A stretch of DNA of 64,000 nucleotides from Candidatus Nomurabacteria bacterium (GTDB taxonomy: Bacteria > Patescibacteriota > Minisyncoccia > Phycocordibacterales > UBA9973): the NCBI GenBank assembly GCA_052035405.1, contig JBPOHQ010000007.1:12292-76291 (forward strand), given 5' to 3'. This document shows, piece by piece, positions 23,878-34,382 of this stretch (the first letter of the stretch is position 1; each line of letters starts with the position of its first letter). The notes beneath the pieces were generated by a model that was not told where the DNA came from, did not search any database, and worked only from the letters and a program-made list of their open reading frames with translations. The translations under genes were made by a program, and so were the position numbers.

Positions 23878-26800
23878 ATACTTCTTTTACCGCGTCCATA
23901 ACAATAGTTTTCTCTTCGTTACGGATCGAGATTTTACCTGTGAAAGCGATGCACTTTTCTGCTTTTAAAATTTGTTCCGATGTTTTATAAATACTAGGAA
24001 AAGCGACGACTTCGATACTACCTCCAAGATCGGAGACTTTCAGGAATGCCATGCGTTCATTTTTCTTTGTGATAACTTCTCGGACACTTTCTATAATACC
24101 TGCGATGGTTACAGTCACACCGTTGGTGCCTTTTTCTTTTATCTTTTTTATATCAATATCTCTTTTTTCTAATTTCTTTTTTATTCTGTCGAGTGGATGT
24201 CCAGAGATGTACAATCCGAGTAATTCTTTCTCCCAGATGAGTTTTTCATTTTTTGTTGCTTCTGTTGCGGGTTTTAGTTTGTATTCTGGAGCTTGTACAT
24301 CGGTGAGTCCGCCAAACAGAGATATCTGGTTTGCATTTTGTTTACTGGATTCTTTGTTGTAGTTCAACATGTCTTCGAGATTACCTAGAAGTACACCTCT
24401 GTCACCAAAGTCATCCATACTTCCGGACTTTATAAGTGCTTCCATGGATTTCTTATTTAGATTTTTGTGTTTAATTCTGTCTAAGAAGTTAGAGATAGAA
24501 AGAAACTTTCCGTTTTTATTTCTCTCTTCGATAATTGCGGAACCAATATCAGCACCAAAGTTTTTGATAGTATACAGTCCAAAACGAATGGTTTTATCAT
24601 CTATATACGTGAAGTCTTGCACACTTTCATTTATATGAGGAGGTAAGACTTTGATACCCATGTTTTCTGATTCATGTACTATTTCAGCGACTTTTTCTAC
24701 ATCACCGGATTCAGCAGTGAGCACTGCACACATATATTCAGCAGGGTAATTCGCTTTCATATATGCAGTCTGATAAGCGACACGTCCATAGCTCGCAGAG
24801 TGAGCTTTGTTGAATCCATACGCAGCAAAAGGTTCGATCTGACTCCAGAGTTCTTGTGCTTTTTTAAGTGGCCATTTACTGTGTTCTACACATCCAGTTA
24901 TGAAATGCTCTTTTTGTTTTTCCATTTCTTCTGGAATTTTTTTACCGACAGCCTTACGGAATTTATCTGCTTCTCCCCAAGAGTATCCTGCTATATGAAT
25001 AGAGATGAGAAGCAAGTCGTCTTGATATACAAGCACTCCGTATGTTTGCTTGAGTATAGGTTCGAGCATTGGGTCCATGTATTTTACAAGACTAGGATTG
25101 TGTTTACGTTCGATATAAAGTGGAATGAACTGAATAGGGCCTGGACGATACAAGGCCACCATAGCATTTATGTCGTGGATAGTTGTCGGCTTAAGTTGTT
25201 TTAAGTACATAGTCATACCACTTCCATTTAATTGGAAAAGTCCCATAGTCTCACCGCGAGCAAGAAGTTCGAAAGTCTTTTTATCTTCGACGTCTACGTT
25301 TTCTATATCCACCTCAATATTTTTTGTTTGTTTCACTATGCGTACCGCGTCCGCGAGAATAGATAAGTTTCTAATTCCCAAGAAGTCGAATTTTGGAAGT
25401 CCGACATCTTCGATCTGATACATGTCATATTGAGTGATGACGTCTCCACCTTTTGGATCGTATTGTACTGGTGTAAATTCATAAAGTGGTTTTGGAGCGA
25501 TAACTATTCCTGCTGCATGCACAGACATATGCCTGACGCAGCCTTCCATTTTTTTAGCTAAGTCTATAATTTCTTTTGTGATGGCTTCTTTTTCATACGC
25601 TTCTTTGAGTTCGGGGACGAGTTCAAAAGCATGTTCTATGGTCATAGGCATTCCTTGAGAACCAACAGGTATCATGCTTGAGATTCTGTCTCCGACTGCG
25701 TATTCATAACCAAGCGCACGAGCAACATCACGCACAGAACCCTTGGCCATCATTGTTCCAAATGTTCCTATCTGAGCGACGCGATCTTTGCCATATTTTT
25801 GTTTTGCATATTCGATCATCTCTGCTCGTCTGTTGTCGGCATAGTCCATATCGATATCTGGAAGGGATGGACGCTCAGGGTTCAAGAATCTTTCGAAAGG
25901 AAGTTTATAAGTAAGTGGATCAACATTGGTAATACCTAACAGATACGTAGTGAGTGATCCTGCGACCGATCCTCGGATATTTGTAAGGATCCTATTTGCA
26001 CGAGCAAATTTTAATAAGTCTCCCACTACAAGGAAATATGTAGGGTATCCTTTTTGCTTAATAATAGCCAGTTCGTATTCAAGACGATCTACATAATCTT
26101 TTGTTTGTTCTAAATTTCTGAAAGGGAAGCCTTTGTAAGCAAGTTCTTTTAATACTTCGTTTGGATCACGATTACCTTCAATAGGAAAATCAGGGAAGTA
26201 TGGGACTCCAAGTTCTATTTCATAATCTTCACAAAGGTTCGCTACAATTGAAGTATTGTCTACTGATTCTTCAGAGTCTGAGAAATATTTTCTTGCTGTT
26301 TCTTCATTTATAAAAGAAAAATCATCATCAGAGAATTCAAATTTACCTTTGTCTTTATTTTCAGCACCAGTGTTTACTTGAAGGAGGGTGTTGTGTGCTT
26401 TGTGATCGTCATGGCAAGGATAGTGAGAGTCGGCAGTTGCGACGGTCTTGATATCGAATTTTTTACCGAGTCTTATCAGTTCGTCTCGAAGTTCCTTATC
26501 TTTCTCTATATGTGGATGAGATTGAATTTCTAAAAAATAATTTCCATGACCAAATATTTCATCATGTTCTTTAATTATACTTTCAGCTTTTTCTGTATTA
26601 CCTGCGAGTATTGCGCGCGAGAGTTTGCCTCCCATGCAACCAGATAGGCAGATGATGCCTTCACTGAATTCGCGAAGTAAATCTTCGTCTACGCGAGGTT
26701 TGTAATAGTATCCATCGAGATTGGCTGTGGTGACTATTCGCATGAGGTTTTTGTAACCTTTTAAATTTTTGGCGAGGAGTATGAGGTGGTAGCGTTTGTT

Positions 26801-27076
26801 GTCTATACCCGGTTCTTTGTTGGTGAGTTTTCTTTCTGCAACATAGACTTCACAACCGATGATAGGTTTGATACCCGCTTTCTTGCATTCTTTATAGAAC
26901 TCAATCGCACCGTACATGTTCCCATGGTCAGTGAGTGCTACTGCCGGCATATTAAAGCTCTTTGCTATTTTTACCAAGTCTTCTACTTTGGAAAGTCCAT
27001 CGAGCAGAGAGTAGTGTGAGTGAGTATGCAGGTGTATAAATTTGCTTTCCATAATTTTATATAAGGCATTATACAT
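23876..27076 (-). CDS. dnaE: DNA polymerase III alpha subunit
   Basis: PHP domain [13 protein letters not shown]; pol III alpha palm and OB regions. Confidence 0.9.
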   Translation of the reverse strand: MYNALYKIMESKFIHLHTHSHYSLLDGLSKVEDLVKIAKSFNMPAVALTDHGNMYGAIEFYKECKKAGIKPIIGCEVYVAERKLTNKEPGIDNKRYHLILLAKNLKGYKNLMRIVTTANLDGYYYKPRVDEDLLREFSEGIICLSGCMGGKLSRAILAGNTEKAESIIKEHDEIFGHGNYFLEIQSHPHIEKDKELRDELIRLGKKFDIKTVATADSHYPCHDDHKAHNTLLQVNTGAENKDKGKFEFSDDDFSFINEETARKYFSDSEESVDNTSIVANLCEDYEIELGVPYFPDFPIEGNRDPNEVLKELAYKGFPFRNLEQTKDYVDRLEYELAIIKQKGYPTYFLVVGDLLKFARANRILTNIRGSVAGSLTTYLLGITNVDPLTYKLPFERFLNPERPSLPDIDMDYADNRRAEMIEYAKQKYGKDRVAQIGTFGTMMAKGSVRDVARALGYEYAVGDRISSMIPVGSQGMPMTIEHAFELVPELKEAYEKEAITKEIIDLAKKMEGCVRHMSVHAAGIVIAPKPLYEFTPVQYDPKGGDVITQYDMYQIEDVGLPKFDFLGIRNLSILADAVRIVKQTKNIEVDIENVDVEDKKTFELLARGETMGLFQLNGSGMTMYLKQLKPTTIHDINAMVALYRPGPIQFIPLYIERKHNPSLVKYMDPMLEPILKQTYGVLVYQDDLLLISIHIAGYSWGEADKFRKAVGKKIPEEMEKQKEHFITGCVEHSKWPLKKAQELWSQIEPFAAYGFNKAHSASYGRVAYQTAYMKANYPAEYMCAVLTAESGDVEKVAEIVHESENMGIKVLPPHINESVQDFTYIDDKTIRFGLYTIKNFGADIGSAIIEERNKNGKFLSISNFLDRIKHKNLNKKSMEALIKSGSMDDFGDRGVLLGNLEDMLNYNKESSKQNANQISLFGGLTDVQAPEYKLKPATEATKNEKLIWEKELLGLYISGHPLDRIKKKLEKRDIDIKKIKEKGTNGVTVTIAGIIESVREVITKKNERMAFLKVSDLGGSIEVVAFPSIYKTSEQILKAEKCIAFTGKISIRNEEKTIVMDAVKEV

Positions 27077-27140
27077 ATTTTTTAGAAATTTTGGTATAAT
27101 GCAGGTATTAAAATTTAGCAGTAATTATTTTTGAAAATAT

Positions 27141-28169
27141 ATGGCAGATACAAAAATTAGAGTAGCGATAAATGGTTTTGGACGTATTGGAAGAGCATTC
27201 TTAAAGATTGCATGGGAGAGAGAAGATATTGAAATAGTTGCATTGAATGACTTGGGAACTCTCGAGAGTATGGCATATCTATTGAAGTACGATACTGTAT
27301 ACAGAACTTGGAATAAAAATATTGAAGTTAAAGATGGAAATATTGTAATAGATGGGAAGGTAGTTAAAGTAATTTCAGAAAAAGATACTACAAAGCTTCC
27401 TTGGAAAGAATTAAATATCGACGTAGTTGTTGAGTCTACTGGACTCTTTGTGGCTTATGAGAAAGCAAAATTCCATCTCGATCAGGGGGCAAAAAAAGTA
27501 GTAATTACTGCACCCTCTAAAGGTGACGGTTCTTTCCCAGGAGAGACAATACTGATGTCTGTAAACGAAGATAAATTCGGAACTTGCGACGTAACTTCAA
27601 ATGCATCTTGTACTACAAATGCTGCGAGCCCTTTAATTGGAATTTTAAGTGAAGCACTTGGGATAGAGAAAGCAATTTTAAATACTGTGCATGGATACAC
27701 GGCGACTCAAGCACTTGTAGATGGACCAAGTAAAAAAGATTTAAGAGAAGGTCGTGCCGCAGCTCAGAACATAGTACCGTCTTCTACGGGAGCCGCTATT
27801 GCTGTGACCAAAGCATACCCAGCACTTGAAAATCTTTTTGATGGTATTTCTATCCGTGTACCTGTGCCCGCTGGAAGTATTGTGGACGTGACCTTTATCG
27901 CAAAAAGAAATACCACAGCAGAGGAAGTAAATGAAATATTAAAGAAAGCCTCACAAGACTCAAAGTGGAGTCGAGTGTTCGCTGTGACCGAAGAGCCATG
28001 GGTATCTTCTGACATCCTCGGTAATCCTCATGCGTCTATCGCAGACTTGCCACTGACTCGAGTAGTGGGAGGAAATCTTGTAAAAGTTATGGCTTGGTAT
28101 GATAACGAGATGGGATATACACATACATTAGTAGACCATGTTGTTGCGACAGGAAAGAGTATTAAATAA
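27141..28169 (+). CDS. gap: Glyceraldehyde-3-phosphate dehydrogenase
   Basis: INGFGRIGR Rossmann motif; ASCTTN active site. Confidence 0.9.
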   Translation: MADTKIRVAINGFGRIGRAFLKIAWEREDIEIVALNDLGTLESMAYLLKYDTVYRTWNKNIEVKDGNIVIDGKVVKVISEKDTTKLPWKELNIDVVVESTGLFVAYEKAKFHLDQGAKKVVITAPSKGDGSFPGETILMSVNEDKFGTCDVTSNASCTTNAASPLIGILSEALGIEKAILNTVHGYTATQALVDGPSKKDLREGRAAAQNIVPSSTGAAIAVTKAYPALENLFDGISIRVPVPAGSIVDVTFIAKRNTTAEEVNEILKKASQDSKWSRVFAVTEEPWVSSDILGNPHASIADLPLTRVVGGNLVKVMAWYDNEMGYTHTLVDHVVATGKSIK

Positions 28170-28173
28170 AATT

Positions 28174-28662
28174 ATGAAAATCTATATTGGGACGGATCAT
28201 GCAGGGTTTGAATTAAAAGAAAAATTACTGAATTATTTACCAGAGTTAGGACTGGGTTATGAAGTCATTGATAAGGGTGCTTTTATACTTGATCCAAATG
28301 ACGACTATCCTGACTTTGTGACTGACGTAGCTATAAGCGTTGCAGAAGACGAAGGAAGTATGGGTATAGTAATCGGTGGTTCAGGACAAGGTGAAGCGAT
28401 GTGTGCAAACAAAGTGGCAGGAATAAGAGCAGTAGTATTTTATGGAGAGAAGTTACCGCTAGATAAAATAGACGTCCAAGGAGATGAAAGTAATGATACT
28501 TTCGAAATAGTAAAACTAGCTCGAGAACACAACAATGCAAACATTATCTCTGTTGGTACAAGGTTTGTTACAGAAGATGAAGCAAAGTTCGCTATTGAGT
28601 TATTTTTGCGTACAAAATTTTCCGGAGAGGAGAGACATGTAAGAAGGATAAATAAATTCTAA
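28174..28662 (+). CDS. rpiB: Ribose-5-phosphate isomerase B
   Basis: MKIYIGTDHAGFELKE...GIVIGGSGQGEAMCANK. Confidence 0.85.
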   Translation: MKIYIGTDHAGFELKEKLLNYLPELGLGYEVIDKGAFILDPNDDYPDFVTDVAISVAEDEGSMGIVIGGSGQGEAMCANKVAGIRAVVFYGEKLPLDKIDVQGDESNDTFEIVKLAREHNNANIISVGTRFVTEDEAKFAIELFLRTKFSGEERHVRRINKF

Positions 28663-28663
28663 T

Positions 28664-29380
28664 ATGGAAATAATACCTGCAGTTTTAGTAAAAAATTACG
28701 ATGAATTAAAAAACAAAATTGCACTTGTGCGGGGTGTTGTCTCGGTTGTGCAAATAGATATCTGTGACGGTATTTTTGTACCAAGTGTCACCTGGCCATT
28801 TTTTGCTCGTTCAACTAAAGGAGTAGGGGAAGATAATGCACTGGACCAGCATTTTCTAAATATTTTAAACGAAAGAGAAGGGATGCCTTTCTGGGAGGAT
28901 ATTGATTTTGAGCTTGATTTAATGGTATCTGATGCAGTAGAGAACTTTGACATTTACACAAAGCTTGGACCCAAGAGAATAATATTTCATCTAGAGGCTG
29001 TAAAAGATAGAGAAAATTTCCGAGAATTTTTGGAAGGGATAGATTCATATACTCGTGATGCTATGGAGATAGGTGTCGCTATAGGTCCTGACACCAATGT
29101 AGAAGAAGTTTTTCCATTAGTCTCTTGTACTGATTTTATCCAGATAATGGGAATATCACATATAGGTATGCAAGGGGAAGAGTTCAATGAAGAAGTTTTA
29201 GAGAACATAAAAATTTTAAAAGAAAAATTTTCAGAAATTATTATCTCAGTAGACGGAGGAGTAAATTTGACTTCAGGAGAAAAGTTAAAAGAAGTTGGCG
29301 TAGATAGGCTCGTTTCAGGTTCTGCAATTTTTAGTGCGAGTGATATAATAGGAAAGATAGAAGAGTTTCGAGAATTATAA
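28664..29380 (+). CDS. Ribulose-phosphate 3-epimerase-like TIM-barrel protein (divergent)
   Basis: IDICDGIFVPSVTWP...LDLMVSD...SVDGGVN resemble Rpe. Confidence 0.55.
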   Translation: MEIIPAVLVKNYDELKNKIALVRGVVSVVQIDICDGIFVPSVTWPFFARSTKGVGEDNALDQHFLNILNEREGMPFWEDIDFELDLMVSDAVENFDIYTKLGPKRIIFHLEAVKDRENFREFLEGIDSYTRDAMEIGVAIGPDTNVEEVFPLVSCTDFIQIMGISHIGMQGEEFNEEVLENIKILKEKFSEIIISVDGGVNLTSGEKLKEVGVDRLVSGSAIFSASDIIGKIEEFREL

Positions 29381-29388
29381 TTTTTATA

Positions 29389-30249
29389 ATGCTTACTCAA
29401 GAAAAAACTTTAGAGCTAGAAATGAAAGCGAATGATATTCGTGAGTCTATTATTACTATGCTTGTAGAAGCGGGGAGTGGACACACTGCAGGACCGCTTG
29501 GGATGGCAGATATTTTTGCATACTTTTATTTTTATGGTTTGAAACATGATCCTAAAAATACTACCTGGGAAGAGAGAGATCGCCTCGTTCTTTCAAATGG
29601 ACATATCTGCCCGGTATTGTATGCTTCCATGGCTCATGCTGGATATTTTCCCTTAGAAGAGCTCAGGACTTTAAGAAAATTTGGAAGTAGACTTCAGGGT
29701 CACCCCCATAGAGAATTTATGCCATGGCTTGAAAATAGTTCTGGGCCACTTGGTTCTGGTCTCTCACAGGCTTGTGGTATGGCACTTGCTGATAGAATAG
29801 ACAATAAAGACAATTCTAGATTTATTTATTGTTTTACTGGTGACGGAGAACTAAATGAAGGAAACAACTGGGAGGCAGTTATGTTTGCAGGGAAGCATAA
29901 ATTAAATAATTTAATAGCTATAGTAGATAGAAACAATATTCAGATCGATGGTAATACAGAGGATGTAATGCCACTCGAGTCTTTAAAGAATAAATGGAGA
30001 AGTTTTAACTGGCATGTTCTTGAAATATCTGGACATGATTTTTTTGCTATAGATTCCGCTATTAATCAAGCTCATTCAATAAGTGAAAAACCTACAGTCA
30101 TTATTGCTCACACTATTCCAGGAAAAGGAGTAAAAGAATTTGAAAGAGATTACAAGTGGCATGGTAAGGCTCCAAGCAAAGAAGAAGCGGATATGGCTTT
30201 AAAAGAACTTCGTACACTTGGAGGTAAAATAAAATCAGAACATCAATAG
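29389..30249 (+). CDS. Transketolase, N-terminal (TPP-binding) subunit
   Basis: GSGHTAGPLGMADI; split-tkt arrangement. Confidence 0.85.
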   Translation: MLTQEKTLELEMKANDIRESIITMLVEAGSGHTAGPLGMADIFAYFYFYGLKHDPKNTTWEERDRLVLSNGHICPVLYASMAHAGYFPLEELRTLRKFGSRLQGHPHREFMPWLENSSGPLGSGLSQACGMALADRIDNKDNSRFIYCFTGDGELNEGNNWEAVMFAGKHKLNNLIAIVDRNNIQIDGNTEDVMPLESLKNKWRSFNWHVLEISGHDFFAIDSAINQAHSISEKPTVIIAHTIPGKGVKEFERDYKWHGKAPSKEEADMALKELRTLGGKIKSEHQ

Positions 30250-30276
30250 TTTGTAAACTAGCTATAAATAAAAATT

Positions 30277-31275
30277 ATGCTTAATCCAGAATTAAAATTA
30301 AATACGAAACTTTTTAATGAAGATTGTGAACAGCAACCTATTAGAAAAGGTTTTGGACAAGGACTTTTAAAAGCGGGAGAAGAAGATAAAAATGTCGTCG
30401 CTCTTTGTGCTGATCTGACCGAGTCCACACAGATGCATCTTTTCAAAGAAAAATTTCCAGAGAGATTTGTAGAGATCGGTGTAGCAGAACAAAACCTTGT
30501 AACAGTTGCTTCAGGCATGGCGGCAATGGGTAAAATTCCTTTTTGTTCATCTTATGCTATGTTTTCTCCAGGCAGGAATTGGGAACAAATAAGAACAACT
30601 ATTGCGTATAATGACAGGAAAGTAATAGTAGTTGGAAGCCATGCAGGAATATCAGTTGGACCAGACGGAGGGACTCACCAAGCACTCGAAGATCTTGCTC
30701 TAATGCGAATATTGCCTAATATGGATGTAATTTCTCCATGTGATGCAATAGAAGCAAAAAAAGCAACGCTGCAATTAGCACAATCAAAACGACCAGCATA
30801 CCTGAGACTTGCTCGAGAGAAAACTCCAATCATCACAACAGATGAAACTCCATTTAATTTAGAAAAAGCACAAATATTTTGGATACCTGATTCAGGTTTA
30901 GCTTCTGTTGGCATCATCGTTACTGGAGGACTTACATACAATGTATTACTCGCAGCAAAAGAATTGGAGAATGAGGGTATAAAAACAAAAGTTTTAAATC
31001 TAGCAACCATCAAACCTATCGACGTAGAAGCAATTTTGAATTTAGTAAAAGAAACTAAATGTATAGTCACCGTAGAAGAACATCAGATTGCTGGAGGAAT
31101 GGGTTCCGCTGTTGCTGAAGTATTAGCTCAAAACTATCCTACACCAATTGAATTCGTAGGAGTAAAAGATCTTTTCGGACAATCCGGTACACCAAATGAA
31201 CTCATAAAACATTATGGTATGGATAAAGATTCTATAAAAGAATCGATAAGAAAAGTTTTAAAAAGAAAAAATTAA
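30277..31275 (+). CDS. Transketolase, C-terminal (pyrimidine-binding) subunit
   Basis: Follows the N-terminal subunit; typical Pyr and C-terminal domains. Confidence 0.85.
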   Translation: MLNPELKLNTKLFNEDCEQQPIRKGFGQGLLKAGEEDKNVVALCADLTESTQMHLFKEKFPERFVEIGVAEQNLVTVASGMAAMGKIPFCSSYAMFSPGRNWEQIRTTIAYNDRKVIVVGSHAGISVGPDGGTHQALEDLALMRILPNMDVISPCDAIEAKKATLQLAQSKRPAYLRLAREKTPIITTDETPFNLEKAQIFWIPDSGLASVGIIVTGGLTYNVLLAAKELENEGIKTKVLNLATIKPIDVEAILNLVKETKCIVTVEEHQIAGGMGSAVAEVLAQNYPTPIEFVGVKDLFGQSGTPNELIKHYGMDKDSIKESIRKVLKRKN

Positions 31276-31292
31276 AATTTATTTAAAATAAT

Positions 31293-31523
31293 ATGCCCGA
31301 AGATTTTTTTAAACGTGCAAATAATCCAGAAACACCTGATAGAAAAATTAAAAGAGTTAAAACGGTAACATTAGATGATATTACGTTCGATCAACAAGTG
31401 TCTGGTACCGAACCAGAAGACAGGGCAATGTTACCAGACGAATGGATTTGTCCCGTGTGTAAAAATTTAAATATAGGTAGTAAACACTGTAGAACTTGTA
31501 GTAATTCTGATTATGTAATTTAA
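31293..31523 (+). CDS. Small zinc-ribbon protein
   Basis: CPVCKNLNIGSKHCRTC. Confidence 0.4.
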   Translation: MPEDFFKRANNPETPDRKIKRVKTVTLDDITFDQQVSGTEPEDRAMLPDEWICPVCKNLNIGSKHCRTCSNSDYVI

Positions 31524-32527
31524 TCCAATATTTTTACCTTGTATTTTTCTGGTGCATTTTTAAGTAGTTCTTCTAATTTTTCCCTTGAGAGTAGTCCTTT
31601 TTGTGCACCTACGTATTGAACTACAGACATAGAATTAATAGGTCCCCAAGCTAGTGCTTCAGGTATAGATTTACCGAGTCCGAGTGCTGCTGTAAAAGTA
31701 GAAGCGAAAGCGTCCCCTGCACCAGTACGGTCCACAGCAGGAGCTGTATCAGGATAGATTGGTGTATACCAAATATTTGTTCCGTCTGAAGCATAAGCAC
31801 CATTTGGTCCGTCAGAAATAGCGACGATTTTTGGACCTAAGTTATGTAATCCTTTTGCTAATTCTTTGATATCTTTAGTTTCTACATTTAATATTTTTTG
31901 TGCTTCCTCTAGGTTACAGAAAAATACATGGGTATGAGCATAGATATCTTTTAGTTTTTCAGTACCCAGTGATATCTGGAATGTTCCAGGCTGGAAAGCG
32001 AGTTTTGTTTCTGGGTGTTTTTTTAAATATTCTGCAATTTCCATGTGGTAGGGAAGAGAATTTGAAGCAAGAGAACTTAGGTACATCCAAGAAACTTCCA
32101 CATCTTCTAAGTTTGGAAATTTAAAGTTAAATTCTGCATGTTTTACTAAAATTGTCCGCTCCACTCCAAACCACAACACGTAATGGTAATTTGTTTTCTG
32201 TCCTGCCTCGGTCGTTACATAGTCGGTTATGATATTATCTTTCTTTAAAGACTCTAAGCAGTCTTTACCATTTTGATCATCTCCAATATTTGTTATCAAA
32301 GCGGAAGTAAGTCCAAGGCGGCTAGCTGATACTGCGGCATTTGGACTATTGCCGACAGCGTTTAGTACATCTACAGATTCATAAGGAATTTTATCTCCAA
32401 AAGTAACACAGAGTTCAGCCCCAGGTGTATCTATGCCTGAGTGTACATGAGCTCCTTGTAATTTGATAAATGCATCGATAACTATGTCTCCGATTGCTAA
32501 AAAATCTATTTTTCTGTTTTTATTCAT
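31520..32527 (-). CDS. PfkB-family carbohydrate kinase
   Basis: DFLAIGDIVIDAF and DRTGAGDAFASTF motifs. Confidence 0.8.
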   Translation of the reverse strand: MNKNRKIDFLAIGDIVIDAFIKLQGAHVHSGIDTPGAELCVTFGDKIPYESVDVLNAVGNSPNAAVSASRLGLTSALITNIGDDQNGKDCLESLKKDNIITDYVTTEAGQKTNYHYVLWFGVERTILVKHAEFNFKFPNLEDVEVSWMYLSSLASNSLPYHMEIAEYLKKHPETKLAFQPGTFQISLGTEKLKDIYAHTHVFFCNLEEAQKILNVETKDIKELAKGLHNLGPKIVAISDGPNGAYASDGTNIWYTPIYPDTAPAVDRTGAGDAFASTFTAALGLGKSIPEALAWGPINSMSVVQYVGAQKGLLSREKLEELLKNAPEKYKVKILD

Positions 32528-32579
32528 GTGTTATGATTATAACATATTATAAAAGATTCAAAAATAACCATACAAATCT

Positions 32580-34031
32580 ATGTTGAAAAGATATTTTGTA
32601 TTTGTGTTTAGTTTTGCCTCCTTATTATCTTTTAATTTTGTTGGTGCGAGTGTGGTTATAAATGAAGTTCAAATATCTCCGACAGGAGATAGATTTATTG
32701 AACTCTTTAATCAAGACGATACAGAGGTAAATCTAACTGATTGGTATATTCAAAGGAAGACGCAAACAGGCACGAGTTTTAGCTCGCTTGTATCCAGTAC
32801 AAATTTTGAAAACAAAAAAATCAAAGGGCATGAATACTTTTTAATTTCTAGAAGCTTACTCAATAATTCAGATATCGTAGTGAGCACCATGACACTCACT
32901 GATTCCAATGTGATTCAGCTTAAAAATCAAAGCGGTGATATCGTTGACAAGCTCTGTTGGGGAGATGTGACTGATTGTGGAACGGTTGTCGCAAACCCTA
33001 CTGAAGGGAAAAGTGTCGCTCGAGGTACAGGTGGAGTGGTTATAGGAACACCGACACCTAAAGCAGCGAATAGTACTTCAGTCGGTGCTTCGGAACAGCA
33101 ACCAAATGAAGGAGCTCAGACCGATACATCTACTGGAACTACTACATCAGGATCAGGTTCTTCTATAAGTAAAACTGTAGAAGGAAAAATAATTACAAAA
33201 GTTGCAGTTAAAAGTATCGCGTTTGCGGGACTGCAAACGTCATTTCAGGCAAGTACCTTAGGCAAGGATGGATTACCGCTTTTTTATGGTAGATACTACT
33301 GGAATTTTGGTGATGGTACCTCACAAGAGACAAAAGTAAGTGATGGCGGGATGGTATCGCATACGTATTTTTATCCTGGTGAATACACGGTAATTCTAGA
33401 ATATTACATAAATAGTTATGGAGAAATTCCAGATGCAACAGACACAGTAAATCTAAAAGTAACAAGCGTAGAAGTTTTTATTTCAAGTATAGGGGACCAG
33501 AAAGATTTTTATATTGAACTTTCAAACAACACTGGGAACGACATTGATATTTCAAAATGGATCCTCGTCTCGGGAGAAAAAAGATTCTCATTTCCAAAAA
33601 ATACTTATATAGGAGCAAAAAAGAAAACCACATTTTCTCCCGCAGTAACTGGTTTTACTTTCTCTGACAAAAATAATCTAAAGTTAGTAAATCAAGATTG
33701 GAAAACTATTTTTGATTACGGCTCTACTGTGAGACCTATTCAAGTTGTATTACCGATAACTTATTCTTCAAGTAAAAAAGTAGCTCAAAAAGAAAATAGT
33801 TCTTCGTATACAATCACATTAGGAGAAAAAGAAGAAGACATAGAAAAAGATACGTTGTTGAATGCTCTTGTTGCACGTGGTGTTCAAAATAATACACCAA
33901 AGACTGGTACGTACCTGTATATTATTTTCTTTATTATTTTAATTTCTCTTGCGGGTTTTCTGGTATATATTCTTCGTAGAAGAAAATTTGGGACCAAAGA
34001 AGGTGACGACTTTGACATTTTAGATGAATAA
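32580..34031 (+). CDS. Surface protein with two lamin-tail domains (LTD) and a PKD domain, C-terminal transmembrane anchor
   Basis: VVINEVQISPTGDRFIELFN (LTD); YYWNFGDGTSQE...HTYFYPGEYTV (PKD, ~33290-33410); C-terminal LYIIFFIILISLAGFLVYILRRRK. Confidence 0.65.
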   Translation: MLKRYFVFVFSFASLLSFNFVGASVVINEVQISPTGDRFIELFNQDDTEVNLTDWYIQRKTQTGTSFSSLVSSTNFENKKIKGHEYFLISRSLLNNSDIVVSTMTLTDSNVIQLKNQSGDIVDKLCWGDVTDCGTVVANPTEGKSVARGTGGVVIGTPTPKAANSTSVGASEQQPNEGAQTDTSTGTTTSGSGSSISKTVEGKIITKVAVKSIAFAGLQTSFQASTLGKDGLPLFYGRYYWNFGDGTSQETKVSDGGMVSHTYFYPGEYTVILEYYINSYGEIPDATDTVNLKVTSVEVFISSIGDQKDFYIELSNNTGNDIDISKWILVSGEKRFSFPKNTYIGAKKKTTFSPAVTGFTFSDKNNLKLVNQDWKTIFDYGSTVRPIQVVLPITYSSSKKVAQKENSSSYTITLGEKEEDIEKDTLLNALVARGVQNNTPKTGTYLYIIFFIILISLAGFLVYILRRRKFGTKEGDDFDILDE

Positions 34032-34047
34032 CTATATCCTATAAACC

Positions 34048-34263
34048 ATGTTTAAAAATTTTTTACTTAAAAAGATGCTTCGATTAAAAGGCGTACCTGA
34101 AGCTCAAATAGATATGTTCGTAAATATGATGGAAAAAGACCCGGAGCTTTTCCAGAAAATTGCACTTGAAATACAAGAAAAAGTTAAAGGTGGGATGAGC
34201 GAGATGGATGCAGGTATGGTAGTGATGAAAAAGTATGAAGCAGAACTCAAAAAGTTAGTGTAA
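34048..34263 (+). CDS. Small hypothetical protein (71 aa)
   Basis: ORF with a terminator downstream. Confidence 0.35.
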   Translation: MFKNFLLKKMLRLKGVPEAQIDMFVNMMEKDPELFQKIALEIQEKVKGGMSEMDAGMVVMKKYEAELKKLV

Positions 34264-34320
34264 ATATCCTTAAATATAGATAAATTTTAATTATATATTT
34301 TATAGAGAGTTATACACATA

Positions 34321-34347
34321 AAAAAATGGCTTAAAGCCATTTTTTTC
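34321..34347. terminator. Bidirectional terminator A7-atggc-ttaa-gccat-T7
   Basis: Perfect hairpin flanked by A and T runs. Confidence 0.6.
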
Positions 34348-34382
34348 TTCATCAAGTTAAGATATAATATCTATATCCAGTA

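Noticed and set aside
24051-25418. Several + strand ORFs
   Set aside because: All antisense to dnaE, whose 1066-aa frame is intact and motif-bearing.
28696-29400. Minus-strand ORFs
   Set aside because: Antisense to the rpe-like and tkt genes.
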